Of a DNA stretch of 64,000 bases, positions 39,100 to 53,037 are shown piece after piece. How positions within the stretch are numbered: position 1 is the stretch's first letter; each line of letters begins with the position of its first letter. Both the position numbers and the translations under genes were made by a program. The notes beneath the pieces are model-generated. The model saw only the letters and a list, made by a program, of their open reading frames with translations, was not told the origin of the DNA and ran no database searches. This DNA is from Octopus sinensis (taxonomy: Eukaryota): NCBI RefSeq assembly GCF_006345805.1, contig NC_043001.1, positions 62,372,001-62,436,000 on the forward strand, read 5' to 3'.

Positions 39100-40530
39100 A
39101 TATCCAGGGAATAACCACTGCTTTGCAGTTAATGTTCCTTACGCGTGTCATTAGTAATTATCTCATTTCAAGCTTCACTGTTTTACCATACAGCAAGTTT
39201 TGGAGTAAATACGTCTGAAATGCTATCTAGATAATCACTGGCGATTTCTGCCTTTTCTCCAAGTGTTTTATTGTCTGCTTGACCAACATGTGTAATCTTT
39301 CTCAGAGTCAGTTAATTCTCTTTCATGAAATTGAAAATCCATTTATCAGAACATCTAAAGCTGTTTATTTCAATTCCAAATCTTTTTACCAATTCAAAAA
39401 GTATTAACAGCAGATAAGGATGCTGACCAGATTAATTATATGGATGAAACACCTGTATATGTTGACATGTTTAATTCTACAACCATAGTCTTTGTTGGCA
39501 ATAAAAATGTAGAAGCTAGCCACTGTGGTGCTACCAAAGCTCGTTTTACTGCTGTGTTGTATGTTAATGCTGCAGGAAAGGTGTTGGAAACAATGATTAT
39601 CCTTAAAGGATTGAAAAACGTGCTTAAAATCAAGGTCCCAAAGAATATTTACTTAACAATTTACTACAGGGGATCAATCACATATGAACTCATGCAGCTG
39701 TAGGCTGACGAAATGCTTGGGCAGAGAACAGCACAACTATTCCATGCTTCAAAATTCATTGATATTCATGGATGCACAAGAAAACAGAACTCTTATGATC
39801 AAATGTAGGAATACAATTCTCAAACTTTATTGGTCCTTTCAAGAAGGCCCTTTGTGCTGAATGGGAGAATTGGGTTTCAAATGGCAAAAAGGAGTATACA
39901 AATAAAGGATATTGCAAAAAAAACTTCTTATCAAGAGATAGTGAACTTGTGTGACCCAAGCTGTTGCCACTATAAAGCATGCTTTTGAATGTTGTGGAAT
40001 TGCTCCTTGTGAACAGACTGTAGAATACAGCCTCTTAAACTCACGTTTACAGGATGTTTTGTCTAGCCTTGAGGTAAATGCACCAGATGCACATAATGAC
40101 AAAATTGGAGATGAGATACAAATAAAGGAAATTAGCTATGATGTGAATTATGACCAAGCAACAAATGAAGACATTTCTATTTAACTTGAAACTATTCGGT
40201 TATTATTCTACCATAAATACCCAAGGACATTATTTGTTCAAATAAGGCTTCTATTCATATTTTCAAAAGTTTAATTTTCAATATTTTCTAATAGATCCAT
40301 TGTTAACTTCAGAATATTTTTTAATATGCTACTTCTCTTAAGGCTGTTTCAATTTCTTTATGTCTAAATATATCTACTAACTGAAATGATAGTTTAATGG
40401 AATTGTATAAAATAAATATACTTTTTGAGAATATCTTTGTTTTTCCTAGGTGAAATATTTAATTTCCATATTACCGCCTATGAGCACGTTTTATAGGTAG
40501 GCAGTTATTTAAGCCGAAAAATATTTTTAT
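39100..40530 (+). mobile_element. pogo/Tigger-like transposon relic (CENP-B-type DDE), HTH segment inverted
   Basis: NYMDETP, RFTAVL..NAAG, AFECCG on plus; SDKWIFNFM..LTLRKITH..Q on minus at 39215-39420; TIR-like sequence near 40500-40530. Confidence 0.75.
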
Positions 40531-40589
40531 AAAATAGAATTTTCCGTTTAACAGCCCTGGGCGGATTTTAAGAAAACCCTGGTACTAAG

Positions 40590-40850
40590 GCAGCAGCTGG
40601 CAGAATCATTAGCATGCTGGGCAAAATGTTTTGTTGCATTTCATGGTTTTATATCCTGAGTTCAAATTCTGCCAAAGTTAACTTACCTTTCATCTTTTCA
40701 GGGTTGATAGAGTAAATTCTGAGTTCAAATTCTGCTGAGATCAACTTTGCCTTTCATTCTTTCAGAATCAGTTGAGCACTGAGGTTGATGTAATCGACTT
40801 CCCCCTCCCCCAAACTTGCTGGCCCTATGCCTATAGTAGAAAGAATTATT
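40590..40850 (+). mobile_element. tRNA-derived SINE with internal duplication of the B-box region
   Basis: Homologous to 9930-10158; CTGAGTTCAAATTCTG occurs twice. Confidence 0.75.
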
Positions 40851-40879
40851 ATTATTACGATTATTATAATTATTATTAG

Positions 40880-43800
40880 AAGAGTATGATGCAATTGCAA
40901 TAGATATTTTGACTTTGTTGAGTTCAAAAGGAAAAATGATACATAAAAATTCAAACTAATAAAAATTCAAATTTTTGAATTTGAATGAGGAAATCCTGTG
41001 TTCCCACTTTGATAGAATGACATCATCAGTCTTCAATTTAAAATTTTACAACTGCCAAAAAGAAAGAAAATAGAAAAAGCAAAAGGAGAAGAATATTTAA
41101 TCAAACAGTTTTGTGTAAATAGATGAAATTTCCTTGTCATTTTGTTCATTATTTCAGGGCACGATGTTAATAACTCACAAACATTTCTCTTCATGCATTT
41201 TGAGAACTGAAAGTGTAGTAGATTCATAATATTTTCTGAGAATATGCACTTTCAAGTCTTTTTCAAAACTAAAGCCATTTGATGTAAAATGTTCAGCATT
41301 ATTGGTCTTGATGTTATACCTGTGCCCATTGAATCTTTTGCTTAATTGTTGTGTTCTACAGCCAACATAAATTAAGACGTATTTGGCGTATTCTGTGTAC
41401 ATCAAATAGGAATCTCTACATGACCCACCTTCCGTATAAATCATAACATTTTTGTTATGATTCCTGATGGAATTCACTTGATCCATGTAGTTGCACAATG
41501 AATGGAGCTTACCTCTCTTACAGCTGTTTTTCAAGGTACTCTGTTCAGAAACTCCAATGTTTGTTTTCTTGGTGTCTGAAGTAGAGGGTAATAGTACTCT
41601 TATATTTTTATTCCAAACAAAGGCTGAGGGAATATTTTGAAACAAGGATATTTTTCCGCAACATGCTGGTAACTTTCATGTAACACCTTTGAAATGCCAA
41701 TGAAATTTTGGTGCCAGTTAGTCACTTAAGAAATTCTATCATGTATTTTACTTTGTTTGCTAAAATTATGCATGAAAGTTTGACTTTCCTTAGCTATGTC
41801 ACTAGCAATTTTGGTGTACAAAAGCATTTGTATGTTTCCAGTAATACCCTATATCAGTACAAATTCATTTAATCCTCAAACATTTGGATTTCGGATTTCA
41901 CCAAATTATATGATGTGGATGATCGGAATGGCGATGGAGGTAAATGTGGGACAACATGGATTTGCAAAATAACTCTGTCACTATTCTGCCTCCAGAAAAC
42001 CTAACATTTGTGTTAGCTTTTAAAAAACTAGACATAAATTTTATGCAGGGCTTAAAGCCAGTTTTTAGCATAACAATCACAGAAATACAAGAAGTCACTT
42101 AAACTATCTTGTGATACTTCCCAGATAAAAAGACGTCATCATTGAACCGTAACCAGAGTATTGGTTCATGACTATTTTGGTGAACTAACTGCCTTCAGTG
42201 TCTCAAATTTGGTCATGAAGGCATTACCGAAATTAACTGTCATGGGGGTACCCTTCCTCTAGTGGTAAATCTCAATAATTTACAGAGAGAATTAAATGGA
42301 ATACTTTTGTTTGACTGTTTTTCAAAGGCATTCATGCATGCTTCCAACCTTTCATCGTGGTCAATATGGGGATGTAAGGAAGAAACATCCATGGTTACTA
42401 AAAAACAGTTTTCAACATTGCTTCAGTGCTTAGAAACGTTGTTGATTTTAGATACAAAATCAAAAGTATCCTGAATATAAGAAATTTGACTTTTTGTGAC
42501 AGGGAGTAGAATATCATCCAACCACACCAACACTTTGGCTGTACAATATTCATATCTGCTGCAAATTGGACACATTGGAAGTCATTTTTCAGATCTTTTC
42601 CTCAACGGCTGTTTTCAACAGAATTTCTAGTTAACTAAACACTTTTAAAATTCCTATACTGGTAGAATGTGTTTCTAAAACATCATTTTTTCTTGGCTTT
42701 ATTGAGAAAATTCTATATGTTGTAACATATTTCCACTTTAAAATCGAGCATTTCGGCAATTTTAACCAATCAAATATGTCCATTTGGGGTGAAAACATAC
42801 CGTGCTGTATCAATATGTCCCTTGTTTAAGAAACAGATTGGGTTTATTTACATTGCGAAGAAAAATTATACCCTTCCCCTACACCTAACCCTAACCCCAC
42901 CCTAACCCTAACCCTAACTCTAACTAAACCTAACCTTAAAATAGATTGAAATGCAATAGATCAATACTGGGGTTATGGGTGACATTTTCATTTGACACAG
43001 CTAGAAAAAAATCCCATTTTCCGTAGCGGTGTCGTATGAAATTGTCACCCATAATTATAACCCTAGTATCGATCTATTGCATTTCAATCTGTTTTAGTGT
43101 TAGGTTTAGAGTTATGGTTATGGTTAGGGTTAAGGGTTAGGGTTGGGGGAAGCGTATCTTTTTTTCTTCGCAAATGTAAATAAACCCCATCAGTTTCTTA
43201 AACGAGGGACAAATTCATACAGCACGGTATGTTTTCACCCCAAATGGACGTATTTGATTAGGCTTTCCCTAATGCCTGTCTTCCAAATTTCAAGAAATTC
43301 CAGTAGTGCTTGTGAATGTCCATCCCGAACTTTATCTGGATACCAACTTGGATTTTTTTCAATCCAGTAATACCAGATTTGATCATCATCAATTTTATTT
43401 TCAGTAAGCATGGGGTTTTCTGACTCCTCATTATCATTTTCTTTGAAAAACATATTCCTTTGGCTTGTGATGGCAGACAAACTGAACTAACCCTGGAACT
43501 AGTTTATTTTTGTCAAAATTCTTAGTGGGCAGAAACTCAGTCCACACTCTAATATTGTCCAGTGATAATCTTAGCTTAGATTTTTGACAAACTTATTTGT
43601 TCATACATGATATGATGGATTTTAGAAAGTGAGTGACTTTGGTTTTTGTTACTTTGGTTACTTTTGGTTTTTGTTAGCAATTGGAAAACCTTTACTTTCG
43701 TGTAAAAAACAAGATTTATTGTTCTTGAGGTAAAATCTTAAATGTGCTTGCATTTTTGACTGATCAAGTAAAAACTTCTCTGGAGTGTTTTCATCTGCAT

Positions 43801-44420
43801 GTATCCAGAAATGATAAATGGCTTTTGATTTTAGCACAAAAACGATTATTTTCTCATTTTGAGATTCATATTTGAATGGTACAAAATCTATTGACCAAGG
43901 ATTGGGCTCAACACTGGAGTCAAGCAAAACTAACAGGGCTGACTGTAAGAAAGAATAAATTGCAAAAACTATAATTTATATTGCGATTTTCTTTAGACAC
44001 CCAACTGTTTAGGTAACTTCCAGAATTTCTAAATGTTCCAATTCTTATTCAGTGTAACAAAATCAACCATCTCAATCTGCTTGATTTTGATATTTTAAAA
44101 GGATTGACATAACTCTTCATGCAGGCTAATAGACAATATGAAGAGTGTGATATAATTGCAATAAGCATTTTATTGGTTTGAACGATGGTTTGACAGCTTG
44201 CCTGTCTTTGTTAAGTTCAAAAGGAAAAGTGATACATAGAAATTCAAATTCAAATGTTTAGATGAGAAGATCTTTGACAGAATTACATCATTAGTCTTCA
44301 ATTTTCAATTTTACAACTGGGAAAATGAAAAAGAATATGCAATTAAACAACTTTGTGTAAATATGATGAAATTCCCGTCATTTTGTTAATTCCTTCAGGT
44401 CATGATGTTAATAACTCAAA
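40880..44420 (-). mobile_element. Near-complete degenerate Penelope-like element with direct pseudo-LTR
   Basis: 44170-44420 repeats 40900-41190; N-terminal piece 43250-43640; RT remnants 41880-42480; GIY-YIG (YVGCRTQQLSKRFNGHRYNI) 41175-41645. Confidence 0.7.
42592..43262. mobile_element. Tail-to-tail pair of the 14265-14684 MITE family
   Basis: 42592-43005 in direct orientation; 43022-43262 inverted partial copy. Confidence 0.85.
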
Positions 44421-44539
44421 AATATTTGTCCTTTTTATATCCTTCTACACATTGGATGTACAGATTTCACAAACAGTGATAGACACAACTGTATTCACAC
44501 TACATACTAAACACAATACTCCAATAAATACAAATTTTC

Positions 44540-46000
44540 AATGATCTCAACGACTTCCTCGAACTCACAATGGCTCCTACAACTTCACCCTCTCAACCAA
44601 TATGGTATTGTTTATAAGAGTTTGGTTAGTCCATTCTTCCTGTCGCATTGGGATGTCTGTGACTCTTGCCACATCTCCGATTTTGAGATTTACTTCCCAG
44701 GGAAGTTTAATATTTTTTTCCTTTTAGGTGCTACTTCCAACTGTTCTTTGTTTCCTCTTTCTTGTGCTGATATGCCTAAGTTCAACTTCTTGTCTCGTGT
44801 TGAACATCAAAGGTGTCATGGAGCGCTTCCATAGATATATCTTTTCGTTTTTCCATATATCTATTTTTCAACTGTTTTAAATGTCTTTTTTGTTCCCATT
44901 TTTTGCCTCTTACCATTTACATCATTTTGCCTTTTAGTTTTTGTTACTACTCTGTCTTCCCAACCTTCTCTTCCATTTTTATATATTTTGATAAACACCT
45001 TGTCAGCTATATTAGAATACTTCATTTTAGTGTTTTCCCTATTTGTTTTTCTTTCTGATAACAGCTTGTGAAAACTTGACTCTATTTTTTAAGCAAACAT
45101 TAGTTCCGCAGGTGGTCAATGCTATGTCATCAACTTGCTTGTTTCTTGGTTTCTTTAATGTATCCACAAGCTGGTCCACTTGGGTGATATGGCGGAGTAG
45201 AGATATGATCAATTGCGTACATTATGCAAAAATTAAAAACTTCTTTGCTGTAAACAGAGTACCATTATCGGATACTATGGTGTCCAGCACACCATATCTT
45301 GCAAAGAGTTCATAAAGAAATTCTATTGTTACCATAGAGGTTGGTTTCCTACATCTACATAGTTCTGGCCACTCAGTATAACTATCTACTACAATCAGGT
45401 AATACATGCCATTTACTGGTCCAGCAAAATCTGAATGAAGCCCGGTCCATAGACTGTTGGTTTTAGGCCACAGTTGGGACTTGGCTGCAAGGGCACAACC
45501 TCTGCAGGATTTCATTATTGTAAGCCAATAAATGTAACTTCTCATTAGTGATTTCATTCTCGAAATACCTTATGGACCAATATGAAATTCCTTTTCAGAA
45601 TTTTTTCAGTTAACCTTTTTTTACTTTGCAATATGAGCTTTTATGTCCGTTTTTTTGACAGTTAAAACATTAAAAATTTTTAAACAGACAGTTATTTTTA
45701 AAATGTAGACCTCCACACCCATAACATGGATTAGGTCTTGATCATCATTTTTCTATTTCCTTAGTCATTGCAGGTCAACAAGCATGTATGTTAAAGTAAT
45801 CCTTTCCTTTGATTTCATTTGCATCATGTCATAGATTAATAATTCTCTGTCATTCATCTGCCACTGCCTGCAGAGTCAAATTCTTGTCCTGTTCTAATTT
45901 TGTCAATATCCAGGCACGTATCTCTGTTTGTAGTTAACCCTTGAACAAAAATTAGACATTTGAACATGTCCAGAGTTAGATCATTTAGTTTGAATTTTTC
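44540..46000 (-). mobile_element. Gypsy integrase relic with upstream remnants
   Basis: ORF 45222-45557: LHSDFAGP...LIVVDSYTEWPE...VSDNG. Confidence 0.8.
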
Positions 46001-46359
46001 ACGTTCTCAGTCTGGCATCTTTTTTTACTAAATTCCAACACTCCCAGAACTTCTCACACTGAAATTTTCAATAACAATTTAATTGTTTCATTAAAGCATA
46101 TTTCACATGTTTTTTTTTTGGCAGAATGTTGTCACAATATTTTTGTGTTTGGTAAGGGATAATTTTCATAAAAGTCATCATACTTTTTTATTGTCTCTAC
46201 AACTTTTGCTCTACAATTTTTTCATATCTTCAAATATGCAGAAAAGTAATAACTTCTGGGTTATAACAATTTTGCTATTGTGTTTGCGACGCTGTCTATC
46301 AAGAATTCCGACAACTGTTGGTATCATTGTTTTTGTTGCTGTAACTCTTCATTTCTTTT

Positions 46360-46640
46360 AAGTCATTGGCTGTCACAGCTCATATTTCACTGCCATGTAG
46401 CATAACTGTTTGCACACATGCATCATACACTCTGAGAGATAGGCCCTTTGTTTCCAGCAGAGGTATGAGCTCTCTGAACTTTGCCCAGCCTAATCTTATT
46501 CTCACTGACAAGTGGTAGTACTTATGGAAACCTTAGCAAAGGCATTGTATCCCTTTCTCTGTCATAAGTATTTAAATGTGGTTCAAATTGATTATGAAGG
46601 TTCCTTCTCTGATGATATATTGATGCACTGCTATGAAGTT
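46360..46640 (-). mobile_element. RTE LINE fragment
   Basis: Reverse complement of the 29910-30030 region. Confidence 0.7.
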
Positions 46641-46649
46641 ATGTAATCA

Positions 46650-47530
46650 CTAACTTGATATAAAGGAAAAATTATAAAGTTTGGATGTTTCTTAACTGCA
46701 CGTGTGTCTATATATTTATGGAGTCATATTTGTCTGTATTCCCATATTTTAATTTGCATTCTGAAGTCTGGCATATTCATAAAGAGTCTGCCATTTGTCT
46801 TGTGTAATTTTCTTTACATTCTGAGCATGTAATTGCATAAATTAGTTTTCATATACTTAGGTAATCTTATTTTTCATTGTGAAGAGTTTTCCTCATTTGT
46901 AATGGATCTTGAATCCTTCTGCAAAATTAAAACTTAATCTAAAGGGTTTGCGGAATAATATCCAATGCAAGCATTTGTAACATGAGACTCTTAGAACTGA
47001 AGGATACACTAATTTTTTTACTGTTGCTATTGTGTGAAGTTTGGCCTGTGTTGTTAATTTTTTCATATGTTTTGGGTTGTGTGGAGGATTGGTTGTTTGG
47101 AGAATTTGATTCAACCTGAGGTCCTTTTTCAGTATTGATATGTTTTTGGAATATGACAATGTTTTGGTAATTGTAGGCAGAAGTATTTGCCAAGACCCTT
47201 GATTCTGACTTATTTCTTTGTTTTGTTTAACTTAGTTCCTGGATATTGAATTTCTTTATTCATTGTATTCCATTATCTTGGTATCTTATGATACAAATTT
47301 TTATCCACATTTCTGAGATGACTGATTCATTTGAGTATATTCAACACAAATGTAGATACAGTTTCATGCAGTTCAATATTGATAGTTATTACTCTAGTAT
47401 ATCTCTAGTATTATCAAGTAAGGCACTAATTTTTGCAATAAAAAATTCTTTTTTAGCACCTAGGGATATTGATATTCTTTTATATTCATATTTTGTACCA
47501 ACCAGCCCCAAATGACCAACCCTTGAAAGT
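46650..47530 (-). mobile_element. Penelope-like fragment
   Basis: NLIYAITCSECKENY GIY-YIG-like motif near 46790-46850. Confidence 0.5.
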
Positions 47531-47679
47531 ATGGATCACTTTTCTTATCTTGGGAGTCATTTCTCATCAAATCTTGACCTGAGCAATGAGATTTGGGACA
47601 GAGAAGAGAAACTGTGTAGTTGTGGATGTTAACATAGAGCTATAGATCAGCAAAAAAGAGAATACCTATGCTGAACTAT

Positions 47680-48430
47680 TGAGAAATCTGCAGTTATTCT
47701 ATCCATAAGATTCAGTATCATCTGAAGTGTGCTGGAACTGCCCTTAGCTGTCTCTACTACAGAATCTTTCATTAGAACCGATACCAAAATGGTCGTGTAC
47801 AAACAGTGATCATCCCAACACTCATGTACGTATCTGAAACCTGGACAACATCATCATCTGAAAACATTAGAAAGAAAAGTTTCATTAAAGATATCGTTGA
47901 GGTATCCTGAACATTGGCTAGGACAACAGAGGAACAAAAATCAGCTTCTTAAAAACAGCCAAAACAACAAGCACCAAAACAACTGTGATCGAGTGGGCAT
48001 GCTGTTTGAATGTCCAATGACCGTTTACCAAAACAGATCTTCTATTCTCAGCTGAAAGTAGGAAAAAGGACAAAAGAAGAGATACAGGGATCTGTTGATG
48101 GCTAGCATGAAAAAATGTAACATCAACTTTAACAACTGGGAAGAAAATGAAAATGACCAAAACTTCTGGAGATCCATCATCTGTGAAGGAACAACTTCAT
48201 TAAAGACAAACAAATGTGAAAAACTGGAAAAAAAGCAAAGAAGAAGGCATGACATGCAACTCCAACCCAGACCAGATCTCCCCCAAGGAACAACTTTCCC
48301 TACTTCCAAAAGATAACTTCAGAGCCTGAATTGGACTCATCAGCCACCTTCAAATGCACCAACAACCTAACATGGACTAGAATGAAGACCATCATCCTCT
48401 GAAGAAAGAGGGATAACCATGATGAGAAGA
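47680..48430 (+). mobile_element. RTE (BovB-like) LINE 3' fragment
   Basis: TKMVVYK..IIPTLMYVSETWT; tail similar to 12100-12790. Confidence 0.7.
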
Positions 48431-49189
48431 TGCTCAAGTTATAGTTTGATGTGAAATTATAGACCAGGGAAGACAGAACTAATAATTGCAATATTACAAA
48501 TGCGATTCAGCAACTCTATTCAAATCATGAATATATTTATTGCACTGTTTATATGGTAACTTCCCTGATCTCTTGGGTGGTGTTCCAGGATGATACATTG
48601 TTTATAATTCCTAAAACTGGTAAAGTGTGTATTAAAAGGATAAAGACGATATAACAACTATGGACTAGGCATTACAGTAGAAAATAATCTTAAGAGCTAA
48701 CTTGCTTGGCGTCACCTTAGACTTTATCTCTGATGAAAGATTAGAGTGTGACACAAACAAGTGTCTTGCTGTGGAGGAGGTACCTGGTTACCCAGCCAGA
48801 GGGAGAGAGAGAGGGAATGAGGATAAACACAGGTGTGCTGCTGTAAAGGAGATCTATAGTTACCTAACCTGGGGGAAGAGCAAGAGAAAGAGATTAGGAA
48901 GCAGCAAGAGTGCAAAAGAGAGGTGGTAGTGAAGTGCCGGGGCATACTCACAAGGAACAAGGATCAGAATATTTTTGGCATAGTAGAGTAAAGGAAGAGA
49001 GAGATAGATGGTGGGATAAGTGCTGGGCCATATCCTGAAGGTACAGAGATCTATCCTAGAAATATGATCTCATAGTAAAAGTGTCTCCACTAGAATTTCT
49101 TATCTATCAACTGATGAAATTATCTTTAGGTAACATTCTCAGTATTATAATAGCACTCAATAGGGATTATTATTATTGATCTGAAGGTG

Positions 49190-49320
49190 GAAAGTGGGCA
49201 GAACCGTTAGTATGCTGAGCAAAATGTTTAGTGACATTTTGTCCATCTTTATGTTCTGAGTTCAAAAATGCTGGGATCAACTTTGCTTTTCATCCTTTTG
49301 GGGTTAACAAAATAAGACCA
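49190..49320 (+). mobile_element. tRNA-derived SINE fragment
   Basis: Homologous to 40590-40700. Confidence 0.65.
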
Positions 49321-49519
49321 TAAAATACAGGCATTCTTTGTTCTGACTGTAAAATCCTATGGGCTGGATGCTTTTTATGTGGCACCAGCACTAGCAGGGT
49401 CACCAGGTAACTTGGAAGACAAAGATCCTTTGAGAGGAGAGGGAGGTGATCTTGTGTCAGATGATGAAAGATTAGAGTGTGACATAAACAAGTGTCTTGT
49501 ATGGAGGAGCAGTCTTATT

Positions 49520-50460
49520 TATGAAATTGTTTTCCTCCATTTCCAGAATTATTTTGTCTAGTTCCTTTCTGTAATTGGGTATTGGATCGATAGGTAATTC
49601 TTCATGTGAAGTTTTGTCACTTAACACTTCTTCACAAGCTGAAATATACTTACTTTTGTCTATAATTACAGTAGCACCTCCCTTATCAGCCATTTTATAA
49701 CAATAGAATCATTATTAGCTAGACAACAGAATGTGTAATGCTGGGAATTTGTGAGGTTATCCCAGGACTTCTTTCTACTTGTTTTAAGGCTTTCCTTAAT
49801 GCCTGTCTGACAAGATTCAAGGAATTCCAGAGTGCTTGTAAATGTCCATCCCAGATAACAATTGAAAATCATTTCAGTCCAACTATGGCAAATTTGATCA
49901 TCATCGTTTTTAATGAACATAGGATTTTTTGTTTCCTCATTATCATTTTTTTCAAAAACATATTCCTTCAGCTTGTGATGATAGACAAAGTGACATAACC
50001 CTTGAGCTAGGTTATTTTTGTCGAAAGTCTTAGTGCTTGGGCAGAAACTCAGTCCAAGCTCTAAGATAGAGATATGGTCCAGTGAAAGTTTTAGCTTAGA
50101 TAAATCTATCTCTAGTGTGATGGATTTTCTCGGGCAAGTATTTTTCACAGTCTTCTGACTATCTTTTGGATTTTGTTCGAATTCTTCACTTAAAACATGG
50201 AACCAATTGTGTGATAAAAATTGTTTTAAATGTTTATGTGAAAGTCATAACTCCAACCATCCACATCACATAATTTGGTTAAATCCGAAATCCCAATTTT
50301 TTAGGATAAAACAGATTTATATTGATACATGTTACTACAACCAAGTTTTTGCCAGGTTATAGAAATATGTTGATTTTGCTTCAGCTTCTTGGGATTTAAC
50401 TGTTTATAGAAGTGGCTGAAAGCAGCAATTCCTTCAGGTCATAGAGATTTCAGTTGTAAG
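49520..50460. mobile_element. Penelope-like fragments in opposite orientations (N-terminus on minus, RT piece on plus)
   Basis: LELGLSFCPS and ADKGGATVIIDKSKY on minus; 50260-50310 is the reverse complement of 41880-41930. Confidence 0.75.
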
Positions 50461-50869
50461 TTTAAAGTTTTGTTTGGCCGTGAGATTTTGAGCTTTTAAA
50501 TATCCCCTTCTTGTTTTGCATCTGATGTAAATCTGAGGGATGGAAATCATGGTCTGGGTAGAAGGTAGTTTTCATTTTATGTAGTGTTTTCTTTGTATGG
50601 ATTTTGATGGCTGATTTTTTTTCAAGAAATGATTGATAATGGTTTGCTTGTTGTTGCAAAATGAGTATGTTATTTGAGGTTCTTATTTTGAGACCAAATG
50701 TTATGCAGTTGTTGTTGATGAAGATGATACTAATTACTCTAATGATTAGCCATTTGTTTTATGGTTTATGGTAAATACAAATGTAATTTGTTTATTATCT
50801 TTGCTATTTCTTTGTTCGTTCATGCTGAGTTTTATTTCTGCTGAGCACGATGCCTGGTTACAAGTGCAG

Positions 50870-51040
50870 GCATGACTGAGTGGTCATCAAGTTTCTTCTC
50901 AACCACATGGTTTCAGGTTTAGTCCTATAGATCATGATCTTAGGCACATCTACAATAGAGAAGGGCCAACCAAAGCTTTGAGAATGGATTTGATGGATGG
51001 AAACTATAAAAATATTGGTGCGTGTGAATGTGATCACTTG
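50870..51040 (+). mobile_element. Octopus-type SINE 5' (tRNA-like) part
   Basis: Head GACTGAGTGG...CCACATGGTTTCAGGTTTAGTCC followed by GGATTTGATGGATGGAAACT. Confidence 0.6.
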
Positions 51041-51099
51041 TACTGTGATGGCAGTGTGGCTGGCAGTGTTGTCAGTTCTTTTCAACAAGTTATCTTGGT

Positions 51100-52700
51100 C
51101 ACTTCATACTTTCAGAGTTTTATGTGGAATAAGAGATCCCATACTAGAAAACCAGTTGAGGGTTAGCATTAGGAAGGGCTTTCAACTGTAAATCCAATGC
51201 CTTAAACAATGTTTGGCAAATTCATGCAAGCATGAAAAATTGGATATCAAAGAAATGAATGATGATGGTATATTGTGTTAGAGTTTGTACTAGATTTTTA
51301 TGAGGTTGGCTATTTCTGATTCATAAATTGGGCTGTGTTCTTAAGTTGCCTTGATATACAGTTCTTTTGAATGGCTCTGTAATTATTTTGTTCAAAGTAT
51401 GTGCTGCAGTATCTGTGTTGGTGTCTGTGGTATTATTGAATTCTGAAAACTTTCACCCTGTTACTAGTTGAAACTCATTCCACTTTTCTTTTTCTGATAT
51501 ACAACTGTATTGTGATAACTTGTAGGTAGCTAGAAGTAAGTTAAGAAATTAGAAATAGATGATGTCTGGGAAAGAATTGTTATTGCTGGCTTTAAGAGGT
51601 ATACATATGTTGATGTAGGTTATTCATCATGTAAAGTGATATTTTAGTGCAATATTGTCTTATTATCTGTACTAATTGAAAACCAGGTATACATCAAATT
51701 ATGTTGTATACATCAACATCAGGTATACATCAAATTATGAAAGAATGTTGAAGTATTGCAAATGTAGTTTGTGTATATAACCTTGTGAGGCAAAAAGTGA
51801 ACTAAGTGGTTATATGTACATGTTTATTCTATTAGTGTGCTTCCTGTTACTGGTTATATTTTGAATACCCACATTTCAAGTGTAGTGTTACTCTCTATTA
51901 ATTTATGAATGTCACTTGTGGAGTCTATCTTCTGGGTTTGTGATGTGCTCTACCATTGGATAAGGTCTGTTTAACCTTTTCTGTTTTTTAGTTAAAACTT
52001 TCTATGGTACCTGAATTATTGCTATATGAATGTTGTACATGATAATTTTTGTGTAATATTTACAAAGGTTATTTTAGAGTGCGATGGATCTTTTTTTAAC
52101 GTAATTTGTGCAGAACATGTAACATCAGGAAGGGAGATAATAATACCTCCTTTTTGTTGTCTTTCTTATTGTTGTTGCTTCTATATCACATATTTATGAG
52201 AGTTTGTTTAAATCCAGATAATCTATATTAAACAGACTTATGATAAAAGACATTCTGACCACAATCATCCTGTCTTTTTATGAGTATCTAAACTTACACT
52301 GTACAATGTTCCCTTTCTGTATTTTAGATGATAGGACATGATTTGAGAGAGATTTGACAGTGACTTCATAGATATTTTGTAATTAATTGATGTTGTTCGA
52401 TTATTTCAAAGTTTTAGAGATTGTTTCATGCAAAGATATTATTTTCTTGGTATTCTGATGTAGAAGACCTTTTTATTGATTCATCCATTCATACTTAAAT
52501 AATAAGGAAACTAGTCCGAACAGAATTTGTGGATTTTTTAATTACAATTTCTTGAAATTTAAATAACAAATCATATATCAAAGCAGACTTCATGAAGAGA
52601 TTGTATACAACATACTAACAATTCAATAATTATTTTAGAGAAGTTCTAAGTTCAAAGAACAGGGCAGAACATATTAAATGAAAAATTAGTTCTGCAGAGT
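51100..52700 (-). mobile_element. Highly degenerate Penelope-like RT/endonuclease remnant
   Basis: Weak RT-thumb and GIY-YIG-like residues with many stops. Confidence 0.35.
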
Positions 52701-52859
52701 TAGCTATATTTTATGAAGCTGGATATGTTTTTAGTTTAATTTAAAATATACCAGCTTCATTTTCCACGAAGGTTTATAATAAACAGAACTATAATCATTA
52801 TCTTAGTCTTATTAACATAAGTTAATTATTTGCACTGCTGGTATGTTTCAGACAGCAAT

Positions 52860-53037
52860 CTAATTGGGTAACAATTGAGAAAACTCAGCTAGTGAAGGTA
52901 AGTAATAATCTGGGTAAGGGTTTTCATCAGAAGGATTCTTTTCAGCTTCCTGAATGTCCTCTAAATTTGAGATGCCACTCAATACTAAAAGTGATTTTAA
53001 TTTATGGTTTTTAGCAAAAGCAATATCAGTATTCAAT
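52860..53037 (-). CDS. PGP: Last coding exon of a HAD class IIA phosphatase (PGP/PDXP-like)
   Basis: Acceptor TTTTGCAG; reads (R)LNTDIAFAKNHKLKSLLVLSGISNLEDIQEAEKNPSDENPYPDYYLPSLAEFSQLLPN*; phase joins exon 57845-57986. The symbol is family-level; PGP versus PDXP orthology is not resolved. Confidence 0.9.

Noticed and set aside
41015-41045. GAAGA CTGATGA motif on minus (and CTAATGA at ~44290) as a hammerhead
   Set aside because: No GAAA core or pairable stem II can be built in either copy; at most a relic.
48690-49520. Short repeat pair (GATGAAAGATTAGAGTGTGAC at ~48730 and ~49460) as ribozyme or exon
   Set aside because: No hammerhead stems or splice/ORF support; probably fragments of an unidentified retroelement.
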